This document shows positions 18,227-26,482 of a stretch of DNA of 54,769 nucleotides, in pieces. Every line of letters begins with the position of its first letter. The first letter of the stretch is position 1. The position numbers and the translations under genes are program-made. A model generated the notes under the pieces. The model was not told where the DNA came from, made no database searches, and saw only the letters and a list, made by a program, of their open reading frames with translations. The stretch lies in IMG/VR virus record IMGVR_UViG_3300005532_000251, positions 1-54,769 of that record. One strand, given 5' to 3'. This DNA comes from a virus. Lineage: Duplodnaviria > Caudoviricetes.

Positions 18227-18439
18227 ATGAAAACAACGCTCATCACAAAGCTCGCGACGAATGTCACCGACTTTTCGCCGGCGCAAATCGAAGCCTACAA
18301 AGCCTTCATGCTCGCCAGCTTCGCCGATACCTTCAAGATCAGCTTCGAGGTCCTTCACGAAGACGAGGAGGCCCGCGCAACAGCGCTGCTCGACCAGGTG
18401 CGCGCCGAGTTCAAAGAGCATGACGAGGCCAGCCAATGA
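18227..18439 (+). CDS. Small hypothetical protein
   Basis: AAGGAG RBS. Confidence 0.6.
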   Translation: MKTTLITKLATNVTDFSPAQIEAYKAFMLASFADTFKISFEVLHEDEEARATALLDQVRAEFKEHDEASQ

Positions 18440-18618
18440 AGACGAGGATGACGCACAGGATCGTCGTGTCAACCGACATGTCAACCTGGAGCTATGAACA
18501 GATCGCCGAATATCAGCGCCGATGGAAAGAGATCATCAAGGATCTCGATTATGACGTAGAGGTCACGACGACTATCGAAGAGCATACGCCTGCGCTGCGT
18601 GCGGAGGATGAGCTATGA
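18436..18618 (+). CDS. Small hypothetical protein
   Basis: ATGA coupling at both ends. Confidence 0.55.
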   Translation: MKTRMTHRIVVSTDMSTWSYEQIAEYQRRWKEIIKDLDYDVEVTTTIEEHTPALRAEDEL

Positions 18619-19127
18619 ATGCCGAGACCTCCTCTGATCTCAATGGGAATAAATCTAACGTCAAAACCGAAACGATGCCGCCGAAAATACTGATTACGCC
18701 GCGCAAACACGATGCGCCCGTTGTCCTGAACCGCGCACAGCGCCGCGCGCTCGCGAAGTACATTCGAGGCCGCGCCGCGCCGATGCGCAGATTACAGCGA
18801 GAGACCCGTGCGCAGACGACGTGCCAGCGCTGCGGCAAGATTGTCATTCTGGCAGCACAGACGCTGTTTGAAGTCGGCCTCAAGGACCGCATCGAGCGCT
18901 GTCAGTGCCCGGCAGCAGATCGGCATGCCTGCGCGATGTGTGGCGCTGTTTTCATGGCGTCACCGAAAGAATATCGCCGAACCAATGTGTGTGCACAGTG
19001 CGCTGAGCAGATCCGCGTACAGCGAGAACGCGAGGCGAAGAGCACAAGCGCTGCGCAAGAACGTTGGTATGCGCAGCGCTTGTGGGACGATGAGCAGCAC
19101 CGGCTTGCGCAGGAGAACAGGCAGTGA
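18615..19127 (+). CDS. Zinc-finger protein
   Basis: CQRC, CQC, CAMC and CAQC motifs. Confidence 0.6.
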   Translation: MNAETSSDLNGNKSNVKTETMPPKILITPRKHDAPVVLNRAQRRALAKYIRGRAAPMRRLQRETRAQTTCQRCGKIVILAAQTLFEVGLKDRIERCQCPAADRHACAMCGAVFMASPKEYRRTNVCAQCAEQIRVQREREAKSTSAAQERWYAQRLWDDEQHRLAQENRQ

Positions 19128-19519
19128 AGTACCGCGATCCTGTGACCGACGATGAGCTGTCGCGCGGCGAGTACATATCGTGGATGGTGCAATCGATCAT
19201 ACGGCGCTGGACCTTCCTCGGCGTCGTGACGCTGCTTACGCTCCTCGCCTGGTCAACGGTGTTCTGGCTGTCGCAGAGCGGCGCGGTGCTCACCTGGTGG
19301 AATCTGTGCGCGTCGTACCTCGCCATTGTGATCGAGTCTATCGTCGGCCTGGCGATGTTCGGCCAGACCAGGCGCGACGCCGTTATTTTGCGCCGCATTG
19401 CAAGAATGGATAACGTCAACGCAGCGCAGCTCGATAAGCTGGTCGCGCTGGAGGCCGCAACTTCGCAGCAGACCGCGATGCTCGTTGCGCTCTTAGAGAA
19501 GCATGAAGCGCAGGGATAA
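19124..19519 (+). CDS. Membrane protein (DUF1003-like)
   Basis: Two TM helices with W.F, NL..S..A and Q.RRD pattern, then a coiled coil. Confidence 0.55.
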   Translation: MKYRDPVTDDELSRGEYISWMVQSIIRRWTFLGVVTLLTLLAWSTVFWLSQSGAVLTWWNLCASYLAIVIESIVGLAMFGQTRRDAVILRRIARMDNVNAAQLDKLVALEAATSQQTAMLVALLEKHEAQG

Positions 19520-19590
19520 GCGCGGAGAGGCTGCGCTATTCAAGGAAAGACGCTGATTCTTTATTAGCGACGTGGCTTATTAAAGACTCG

Positions 19591-19908
19591 TTAAGATTCG
19601 AGGCTGGCAAGGTAGAGGGCGAGTTCCTGATAAATGGCATTGATATCGAGGTATGAGAGCGCTTCTGGATTGGTGATAGTGGTATCAATGCGCGCCGTAA
19701 AGCCGCACGGGAGAGGCATGAATTGCGCTGTCACGATGACTCCGAGATCTGGATAGTGCTCATCGAACCATCTCTGGATAACGCGAATGCGAATCGGCAG
19801 CCCTGCTTCGAGAACCTCGCGTGCACGCCGATACGCCTGTCGATATTCATGCTCATCGGTGAGGGCCTCGCCCGCCCGCGCGACTTGCAGCGCCTGCTCC
19901 TCGCTCAT
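19591..19908 (-). CDS. Hypothetical protein (antisense moron)
   Basis: GGGAG RBS on the minus strand; AT-rich upstream region. Confidence 0.55.
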   Translation of the reverse strand: MSEEQALQVARAGEALTDEHEYRQAYRRAREVLEAGLPIRIRVIQRWFDEHYPDLGVIVTAQFMPLPCGFTARIDTTITNPEALSYLDINAIYQELALYLASLES

Positions 19909-19977
19909 TCGCCGACTCCCTTGTAATCTTTGTGGTTATATTATCACATCCTTTTTAACAGCACCGGAGGACGCCGC

Positions 19978-21021
19978 ATGCCAGGCCCGCTCATCGTCCC
20001 CGTCACCACTATTTCAAAGATCAGGCCGCACAGTAACGCCGATTCCCTCGAAATCGCTGAGGTCTTGGGATGGCAGTGTGTCGTGCAGAAGGATCGCTAT
20101 AACGTCGGCGACAAAGTGGTCTATTTCCCTCCTGATACGATGCTCCCCAAAGACAAGAGCGACTCCTGGGGTATCACGCAGTATCTCGATAAGCAGCGTA
20201 TCAAAGCGACGCGACTGCGCGGCGAACCATCGTTCGGCCTGGTCATGCCGTGCGAGGATGAATCATGGCAGATCGGTGAGAACGTCGCCGAGTATTACGG
20301 CGCGACGAAGTGGGAGCCACCGACACGCGAGGCCGCCTGGGCGAAGGCGATGCGAGGGCAGGGAAAGTTCGTCGCCAACCCTGATGCACTCCCTGGTAAT
20401 CCGCTCTTCCCTGAGTACACGCACATTCAGAACCTGCGCCACTTCCCTGATCTCTTCGGCGCCGACGAGCTGGTCGTCGTCACTGAGAAGCTGCACGGCA
20501 CCAATTCGCGGATCGGCATCATCAACGGCGAATGGATGGCAGGATCGCACCGGGTGCGCCGTGGCGAAGGTGACGCGCTCTACTGGTCGCCACGAAAACA
20601 GCGAGGTGTCGAGGCGCTGCTTACAGCGCTAGCTTCGTATCACCGCCAGGTCGTGCTCTACGGCGAAATTCTGGGCAGTGATGTGCAGAGCTTAGATTAC
20701 GGCTATGCGGGCCACGCTGGCTACAGAGCATTCGATCTCATGATCGATGGCCGCTATGTCGAGTTCGATGTCTTCCGCATGCTCTGTGTGCGCTACGATG
20801 TTGCGATGGTGCCGATGCTCTCCTATGGCTATCCCTTCAACCTCGATGAGATCCGCATGGAGGCCAGCGGCAAAACGGCACTCGGCTCGAATCATCTTCG
20901 CGAAGGCGTCGTGGTGAAGCCGCTCATTGAGCGCACGGATCCACGCATTGGGCGCGCCATTGCCAAGTACGTCAGCGATGATTTTCTGCTCGCGAAGCAC
21001 AGCGATTTTGCGGAGGTGTGA
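19978..21021 (+). CDS. ATP-dependent RNA ligase, DRB0094/Rnl2-like family
   Basis: N-terminal H.NAD.LE..W..VV OB-like module; nucleotidyltransferase motifs TEKLHGTN, YGEI, AFDL, REGVVVKP, AKYVS. Confidence 0.9.
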   Translation: MPGPLIVPVTTISKIRPHSNADSLEIAEVLGWQCVVQKDRYNVGDKVVYFPPDTMLPKDKSDSWGITQYLDKQRIKATRLRGEPSFGLVMPCEDESWQIGENVAEYYGATKWEPPTREAAWAKAMRGQGKFVANPDALPGNPLFPEYTHIQNLRHFPDLFGADELVVVTEKLHGTNSRIGIINGEWMAGSHRVRRGEGDALYWSPRKQRGVEALLTALASYHRQVVLYGEILGSDVQSLDYGYAGHAGYRAFDLMIDGRYVEFDVFRMLCVRYDVAMVPMLSYGYPFNLDEIRMEASGKTALGSNHLREGVVVKPLIERTDPRIGRAIAKYVSDDFLLAKHSDFAEV

Positions 21022-21105
21022 TGCTGGCGCCGCGTACTTCTCGGCACACGACGCCGCTACTCTGCCTACGCATGGCAGGCGAGCTATGCGTAGTATACTC
21101 TACGC

Positions 21106-21504
21106 ATGAATGCTCTTGATGAACTGCTCGGTAAGTACTGCGATCCCGTTGCGCTGCATAAGCGCCAGTGGAAATCCGATGAGGTATGTAAAGCCGTCTG
21201 CGCGCTTTCTCTCGTCGTTCGCCATTATTTCTTCGGCTATTGCGACATCGCCATTGTCGCAGCGTCCCTCTTAGAGCAAAGCGAACCATTGGAGGCCCTT
21301 GACGCCTTTGCCCTGCCCGTGAAGAAAATGCAGGCACTCGCACACGTTGCCTATCGGCACTACGACGAAGCGCTGTGCATCCTCGATCCACTGCGCGCCG
21401 TGCATGCCGATGATCGCTTTATCACCGGGCTGCACAGCATATGTATGGAGCGACAGCCTGCGCGGCGCAGGCAAGGGCAACGTAGAGGCGGCGGGCCGAA
21501 GTAG
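21106..21504 (+). CDS. Hypothetical protein, probably leaderless
   Basis: TATACT (21094) lies 6 nt before the ATG; no SD. Confidence 0.5.
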   Translation: MNALDELLGKYCDPVALHKRQWKSDEVCKAVCALSLVVRHYFFGYCDIAIVAASLLEQSEPLEALDAFALPVKKMQALAHVAYRHYDEALCILDPLRAVHADDRFITGLHSICMERQPARRRQGQRRGGGPK

Positions 21505-21523
21505 CCGGGAGGGCGGTGATGTC

Positions 21524-21853
21524 TCATGGCTGCACCCAGGCGAGCGCTTCTTTCAACGTCTTCATCATTGCCTGTTCCTCGTCGGTCAGTGCAAGGTCGT
21601 CATCACCCAGGTAAGACGACAGATATGCAAAGGCAAGCCTGGTTGCCTCCTCGAACCTTTTGAGGCGCGTCGTTTGAGCGCTGCGCCAAATCGAGCGCTT
21701 TATCCAGTGTTGCCCTGCCTGACGCCGATCTGGCGTGATCTTATCGCATTCACGGCAAATCACCCAATCGCCAGGCCGTATGCTGTCTGCAACGTCTGCC
21801 TCTGCAACATCACGCTCACAGACAATGCAGATCATGAATAGCTCTTTGCTCAT
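21524..21853 (-). CDS. Small zinc-binding protein
   Basis: GAGGGG RBS; CIVC and CREC motifs. Confidence 0.55.
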   Translation of the reverse strand: MSKELFMICIVCERDVAEADVADSIRPGDWVICRECDKITPDRRQAGQHWIKRSIWRSAQTTRLKRFEEATRLAFAYLSSYLGDDDLALTDEEQAMMKTLKEALAWVQP

Positions 21854-21899
21854 GCCGCCCCTCGCTATTTTCCCCTGATTATTCCACGAAAGCCCCTCT

Positions 21900-24263
21900 A
21901 TGTCACGCCGATCTCGACGACAACCAAAGATCAGCCCTGCGCAGATTGACCGCCTCATTGACGCCGCAATCGAGCGCCGCATTGCGTCGATGATGGGGCC
22001 GCCCGCTGTACCGCGCAACCCACGCCAGGAGGCATTGTGGAGCCAAATGGTCGCGCAACAGGCGCCGGCGAAGCAAGGCACGCCGATGTTCCCACCCGGC
22101 GCGCCGCTTGCGCCTCAACCTGGCATGGCATTGCCACAAGGGCCTCGCCAGTTCGTCTATCCCGTCGGCTACAATATCTATTCGCAGCCGCGCAGTACCG
22201 AAGCGACGAGCTTCGAGACGCTGCGCAACCTCGCTGCGCTCTATGATGGCATTCAACTCTGCGAGCAAGTATGGCTCGACACCGTAGCAAAGCTCAATCT
22301 CGTCATCAAGCCACGCGATGAGATCATTAACGAGCAGGGCAAGAGCGCCGCAACGCAGAAGTACGCTGACAGAATCAGGAAATACAGCGACTTCTTCGCC
22401 ATGCCAGATCGCGGCAATGGCTATGATTTGAAGTCGTGGCTGCGCGCAGCAGTCAGAGATCAGCTTCAAATCGATGCCGTTGCGATCTATATGCGGCGGA
22501 ATCGAGGCGGCGGGCTGTACTCAATGGAGCTGGTCGATGGGAGCACAGTGAAACCCCTGATCGATCCCAGAGGCCGCAGGCCCTCGCCGCCATTCCCTGC
22601 CTATCAGCAATTCGTCTATGGCGTCCCTGCCGGCTGGTATTCCAGCGATGAGATGCTCTATCAGCGCGAAACAACGCGCACAGAGAGCGTCTTCGGCCTC
22701 AGCCGCGTTGAGCGTATCATTCTCAGAGTCAACCAGGCGCTGCGCAAAGAGAATAGAGATCTTTCGCACTACACTGAGGGCAATGTACCGCCTGGCCTCT
22801 TAGAGCCGCCGGATGATGGCTCGCAATGGACGCCAGAGCAGCTCGCTGCCTATCAAATGCTCTGGGATGCGCTGCTCGCAGGGAACGACCAGGCGAGATC
22901 GCGCGTCAAGGTCGTGCAGCCAGGCTCAAAGTATACGCCGCTTTCCGAAGAGATCCCGACGACAGACTTCGACAGATTTTTGTTCAATGTGACCTGCGCG
23001 TGCTACAGCATGACGATGGCCGATCTCGGCTTCACTGAGACGGTCAACAAGTCGAGCGGTGAGAGCCAGGAAAACGTCTTTTATCGTCGCGCGGTGCAGC
23101 CCTTGATGGATCGCTATGCGACGCTGTTCACGCAGGTCCTGCGAGAATACTTCGGCGAAAATGACCTCGTTGTCTCATGGAGCGGCTTTGAAGAGTCGGA
23201 AGACTTCAACGCAATGGCAGCGTCCTACGTCGCGCTCACTGGCGCCGGCATTACATCGCCAACGGTGGCTGCACGGCAACTCAATATTCCCTGGACCGGC
23301 CCTGAGATCCCCAATTACGTCCTCACCAAAGATGGCCCTGTCTTCTTAGAGGACGCTGCCGATCCGCAGGTACGCAAAGCTGCCAATGACGCAAAGCTCG
23401 CCGGCTTGCAATTCACACAGCAGAATCCAGGTGGGCCACCGAAAGAGCAGCCAGGCGATGATGAGCAGGGGGACGACCAGGCGCCACCCAAAAAGGCAAC
23501 GGAAAGCAACGGAAAGCAACGCGCTCAAAGCAAACCGAAGCAACCATCATCTGCTCCAGATAGCGAAGATGATGCGGAGGGCGACAATGCGCAGCGTATA
23601 GAGCGCAGCGACGCCTGGCGCCGCCCATCGCAGCAGCAGATTACGCTGGAGGTGCAGCTTGCGCAGGCGATCCGCGACTTCATCGACCAGACGAAGCTCA
23701 GCAGCGATGGCGCGCAGATGCCCGATGAGCAGGCGCAAGAAACATTGCTCGACATTGTGAGCACATTGTTAGAAGATGCTGTGCATGAAGGCCGGCGAAT
23801 CGCAACCGGCATCGATGAGCGCGGCTTGATCTCCGCCGCCAAAAACGTCGCAGGTAGAGCGGTGCAAGCAGTCTCCGGCATCATGACGCAGCTCCACGAC
23901 AAAGCACAGCAGATTATCGATGCCATCTTCCATAGCGGAGAAATCAGCGATCCCGATGGCGCGCTCGACGAGGCCCAAGATCAGCTCGACTTGTGGCGCA
24001 TGCAGTATGCAGTAATGGTCGCGGAGACTGAGATCCACGCCGCCGTTGAAAGCGCAGTCCTCGATGAACTGCGAGCGCAGGGTGTGACGAAGATTGCTTG
24101 GGTGACGGACGGAGATCCCTGCGAGGTCTGTGTGAAGAATGCTGCTGCGTCGCCGCTGCCCATTGATGCGAAGTGGCCGTCAGGGGATACAGCGCCGCCA
24201 GCGCATCCTCGCTGTCGCTGCACAGTCACGCCGGCGGCATTGAGAGCAGGGGACGGGACTTGA
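21900..24263 (+). CDS. Portal protein fused to a C-terminal MuF-like minor head domain
   Basis: Portal-like motifs (VDGSTVKP, GLSRVE, EGNVPPG, LGF); acidic linker; C-terminal WVTDGDPCEVC..PPAHPRCRC MuF signature. Confidence 0.88.
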   Translation: MSRRSRRQPKISPAQIDRLIDAAIERRIASMMGPPAVPRNPRQEALWSQMVAQQAPAKQGTPMFPPGAPLAPQPGMALPQGPRQFVYPVGYNIYSQPRSTEATSFETLRNLAALYDGIQLCEQVWLDTVAKLNLVIKPRDEIINEQGKSAATQKYADRIRKYSDFFAMPDRGNGYDLKSWLRAAVRDQLQIDAVAIYMRRNRGGGLYSMELVDGSTVKPLIDPRGRRPSPPFPAYQQFVYGVPAGWYSSDEMLYQRETTRTESVFGLSRVERIILRVNQALRKENRDLSHYTEGNVPPGLLEPPDDGSQWTPEQLAAYQMLWDALLAGNDQARSRVKVVQPGSKYTPLSEEIPTTDFDRFLFNVTCACYSMTMADLGFTETVNKSSGESQENVFYRRAVQPLMDRYATLFTQVLREYFGENDLVVSWSGFEESEDFNAMAASYVALTGAGITSPTVAARQLNIPWTGPEIPNYVLTKDGPVFLEDAADPQVRKAANDAKLAGLQFTQQNPGGPPKEQPGDDEQGDDQAPPKKATESNGKQRAQSKPKQPSSAPDSEDDAEGDNAQRIERSDAWRRPSQQQITLEVQLAQAIRDFIDQTKLSSDGAQMPDEQAQETLLDIVSTLLEDAVHEGRRIATGIDERGLISAAKNVAGRAVQAVSGIMTQLHDKAQQIIDAIFHSGEISDPDGALDEAQDQLDLWRMQYAVMVAETEIHAAVESAVLDELRAQGVTKIAWVTDGDPCEVCVKNAAASPLPIDAKWPSGDTAPPAHPRCRCTVTPAALRAGDGT

Positions 24264-24316
24264 ACCCGCGTTCCCGAGCTGGGATGCCCGATATCCTGCC
24301 ATTGAACGACACTGGC
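24245..24316 (-). tRNA. Degenerate tRNA-Gly-like element
   Basis: D arm GTTC-AATGGCA-GGAT and T arm GCGGG-TTCAAGT-CCCGT are intact; CCC in an irregular anticodon loop; three acceptor-stem mismatches; no CCA. Confidence 0.6.
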
Positions 24317-24517
24317 CTATTGATCACTTTGTTCCGCCTGGAGGAGCAGCGATTGTAATTTTGCTGCGAGAAGCGCTGACATGAGACCGACCATCCCTAG
24401 CCGATCCTCGCTTGCAGGGCGAGCCGAAGCTTTTGCCATGAGATCCTCGATTTGTTGCTGCACCGCGCGGCGATTCCTCTCCGAATGCCGGCGTTCACGC
24501 TTGCTCTCTTTGGACAT
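24317..24517 (-). CDS. Small basic protein co-transcribed with the tRNA-like element
   Basis: GGAGG RBS; own promoter TTGAGA-17-TATACT at 24544-24572 on the minus strand. Confidence 0.55.
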   Translation of the reverse strand: MSKESKRERRHSERNRRAVQQQIEDLMAKASARPASEDRLGMVGLMSALLAAKLQSLLLQAEQSDQ

Positions 24518-24573
24518 CGCTTCCCCTCCGTCGTGGTGGCGCTAGTATACCGCAATTTCCACGAAATCTCAAC

Positions 24574-24852
24574 ATGATTAAGCAACACAGCCATCTTCGC
24601 ATCGAGCGCCTTCCCATCAGCGCCCTACACGTCACTGAATGTCAGCCGCGCTACGCTGATCGGCTGCTGCATTACATCGATCTCATGCAGAGATACCCTG
24701 ACGATGCGCCGGGCCTCATCTCTGTGCAGCCATCAAAGTACTACCCCGGCCTCTACGAACTTCTGGACGGACATCACAGGTACTGCGCGCATATACTCTG
24801 TGGCCGCAGCACAGTGCTCTGCCTGGTCATTGAAGAGCCTGAAACCGCATAG
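24574..24852 (+). CDS. Stand-alone ParB/Srx N-terminal domain protein
   Basis: LPISAL..QPR ... YELLDGHHRY.A motif. Confidence 0.7.
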   Translation: MIKQHSHLRIERLPISALHVTECQPRYADRLLHYIDLMQRYPDDAPGLISVQPSKYYPGLYELLDGHHRYCAHILCGRSTVLCLVIEEPETA

Positions 24853-24898
24853 ATTCCCCGCATACTTCCGTACTACCTAGCCTTCCCTGGAGAACTAC

Positions 24899-26413
24899 AT
24901 GCCCCCAACGAAATCAAAGCAGCCTGTAGAGCACCTTGATCCCGATGACATCTATCGGGCAAAGTGGACGACTGCGAAACGCGAAGCCTATCTCAAAGAA
25001 CACCCGGAGAACTTTGCCGGCCCAGATGGCAGCTACCCAATCGAGGATGCCAGCGATGTCAATGATGCCTGGCGTCTTGCCGGCCACGCTGACAACCCCG
25101 ATGCTGTGCGCCGCAAGATCAAGTCCATCGCCAAGCGTCTTGGTCTTGAGTCAGGGCTTCCTGATACGGCCAAAGAGGACAAAGATTCCTCTGAGCGCGC
25201 TGACCAGACTGATGAACACGCCGATACCTCCGATGCACAAGAGACACTCGGCGAACTCATCGAGCGCACGATGCCCGCCCCGGATGTGCATTACTACGCG
25301 CCAATCATCAGGGTCAACCAAGAGCGCCGGGAGGTGATCGGTGTCGCCACCGTCGAGACCAAAGACGCGTACCGCACGGTCATCGGCTACGAGGCCAGCA
25401 AGGATGCGTTCAACCGATGGCGCGGCAATATCAGAGAGATGCATGATCCCAAGAAAGCCGTCGGGCGCGCATTGGAGATCACGCCTGACGATGAGCATAA
25501 GCGCATCATTGTGCGTGCAATGATCTCGAAGGGCGCCGAGGATACGTGGCACAAAGTTCTCGACGGCACGCTCACCGGCTTCTCTATCGGCGGCAAAAAT
25601 GGCAAGTGGACGACGCGCGTCATTGAAGGCGAGGAGCTGCCGTATCTTGAGCGCTATGATGCTGTGGAACTCAGCCTCGTTGACAACCCTGCCTGCCCTG
25701 GCTGCAATGTGGAAGTTGTGCGCGCCGACGGCGTAGCCAGCGCGGTTCTCGCGTCAGCCTCAGAAATGGAGAAAGCAGCGAAGCCCTCGCAAGCCCCGCC
25801 CACTACCGAGAGCGTCGAGCGTGCCGGCGCCAGAATCAGCGCCGAGACCAGGGCTGCGATGCATATGGCGCGCGACCACGCGCACAATGCCCACATGGCG
25901 GCGGCCCAGACCTGCGGCTGCGATGAGTGCCAGGATCATATCGATGCGCTGAACCAGATCGGAAGGTCCGATGACAACGATGGCGACATGGACGCAAACT
26001 ATGTGTCGCCGGCTTCGATGCGGCGCCTGGTCGCTGACATTGTGCGTGCTGAAATCAGTGAGGCCCTGCGCGACCAGGTGGCGCCCATGACTGCCCGCGT
26101 CAATGCCCTGCTCGCCGCTGATGCGCAGCGTTCCGAGGATTCGCCAGAGATCACGCGGCGCGTCGATGGCATCGATGAGCAACTTAAAGCGATCAAAGAT
26201 CTCGTTGAGAAGATCGCCGCGCAGCCTACAGATGGCGGCCCGGTACTGCATGGTGCGCCTGTCGATAAACGCCTCGCGACACAGGCGACATCGCGTAGCG
26301 CCGATGACGCCGAGATTATGCGCCGCGCGCTTGAGCTTGGCTTCGCACCTCCCAGCAATCCCCAGGACCAGGTGAAGGCCGCAGCTCGCCTCATGCGTCC
26401 TATTCCCCGCTAA
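24899..26413 (+). CDS. Prohead protease/scaffold with an extra N-terminal domain
   Basis: IREMH, TGFSIGG and ELSLVDNPACP protease motifs; N-terminal FA.PD..YPI.D module; C-terminal coiled coil. Confidence 0.85.
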   Translation: MPPTKSKQPVEHLDPDDIYRAKWTTAKREAYLKEHPENFAGPDGSYPIEDASDVNDAWRLAGHADNPDAVRRKIKSIAKRLGLESGLPDTAKEDKDSSERADQTDEHADTSDAQETLGELIERTMPAPDVHYYAPIIRVNQERREVIGVATVETKDAYRTVIGYEASKDAFNRWRGNIREMHDPKKAVGRALEITPDDEHKRIIVRAMISKGAEDTWHKVLDGTLTGFSIGGKNGKWTTRVIEGEELPYLERYDAVELSLVDNPACPGCNVEVVRADGVASAVLASASEMEKAAKPSQAPPTTESVERAGARISAETRAAMHMARDHAHNAHMAAAQTCGCDECQDHIDALNQIGRSDDNDGDMDANYVSPASMRRLVADIVRAEISEALRDQVAPMTARVNALLAADAQRSEDSPEITRRVDGIDEQLKAIKDLVEKIAAQPTDGGPVLHGAPVDKRLATQATSRSADDAEIMRRALELGFAPPSNPQDQVKAAARLMRPIPR

Positions 26414-26482
26414 CTATGCTGTAAGCATAGGAAATACCCCCAGATCGTCCCCGTTTAGCAATGCCTTAAGCATAGCCTCATC

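Noticed and set aside
24245-24316. Functional tRNA-Gly or frameshift suppressor
   Set aside because: Three acceptor-stem mismatches and a non-canonical loop make charging unlikely; kept only as a tRNA-like element.
24574-24852. ParABS partition system
   Set aside because: Only the catalytic ParB/Srx domain is present, with no HTH and no ParA; such domains are common near phage head genes.
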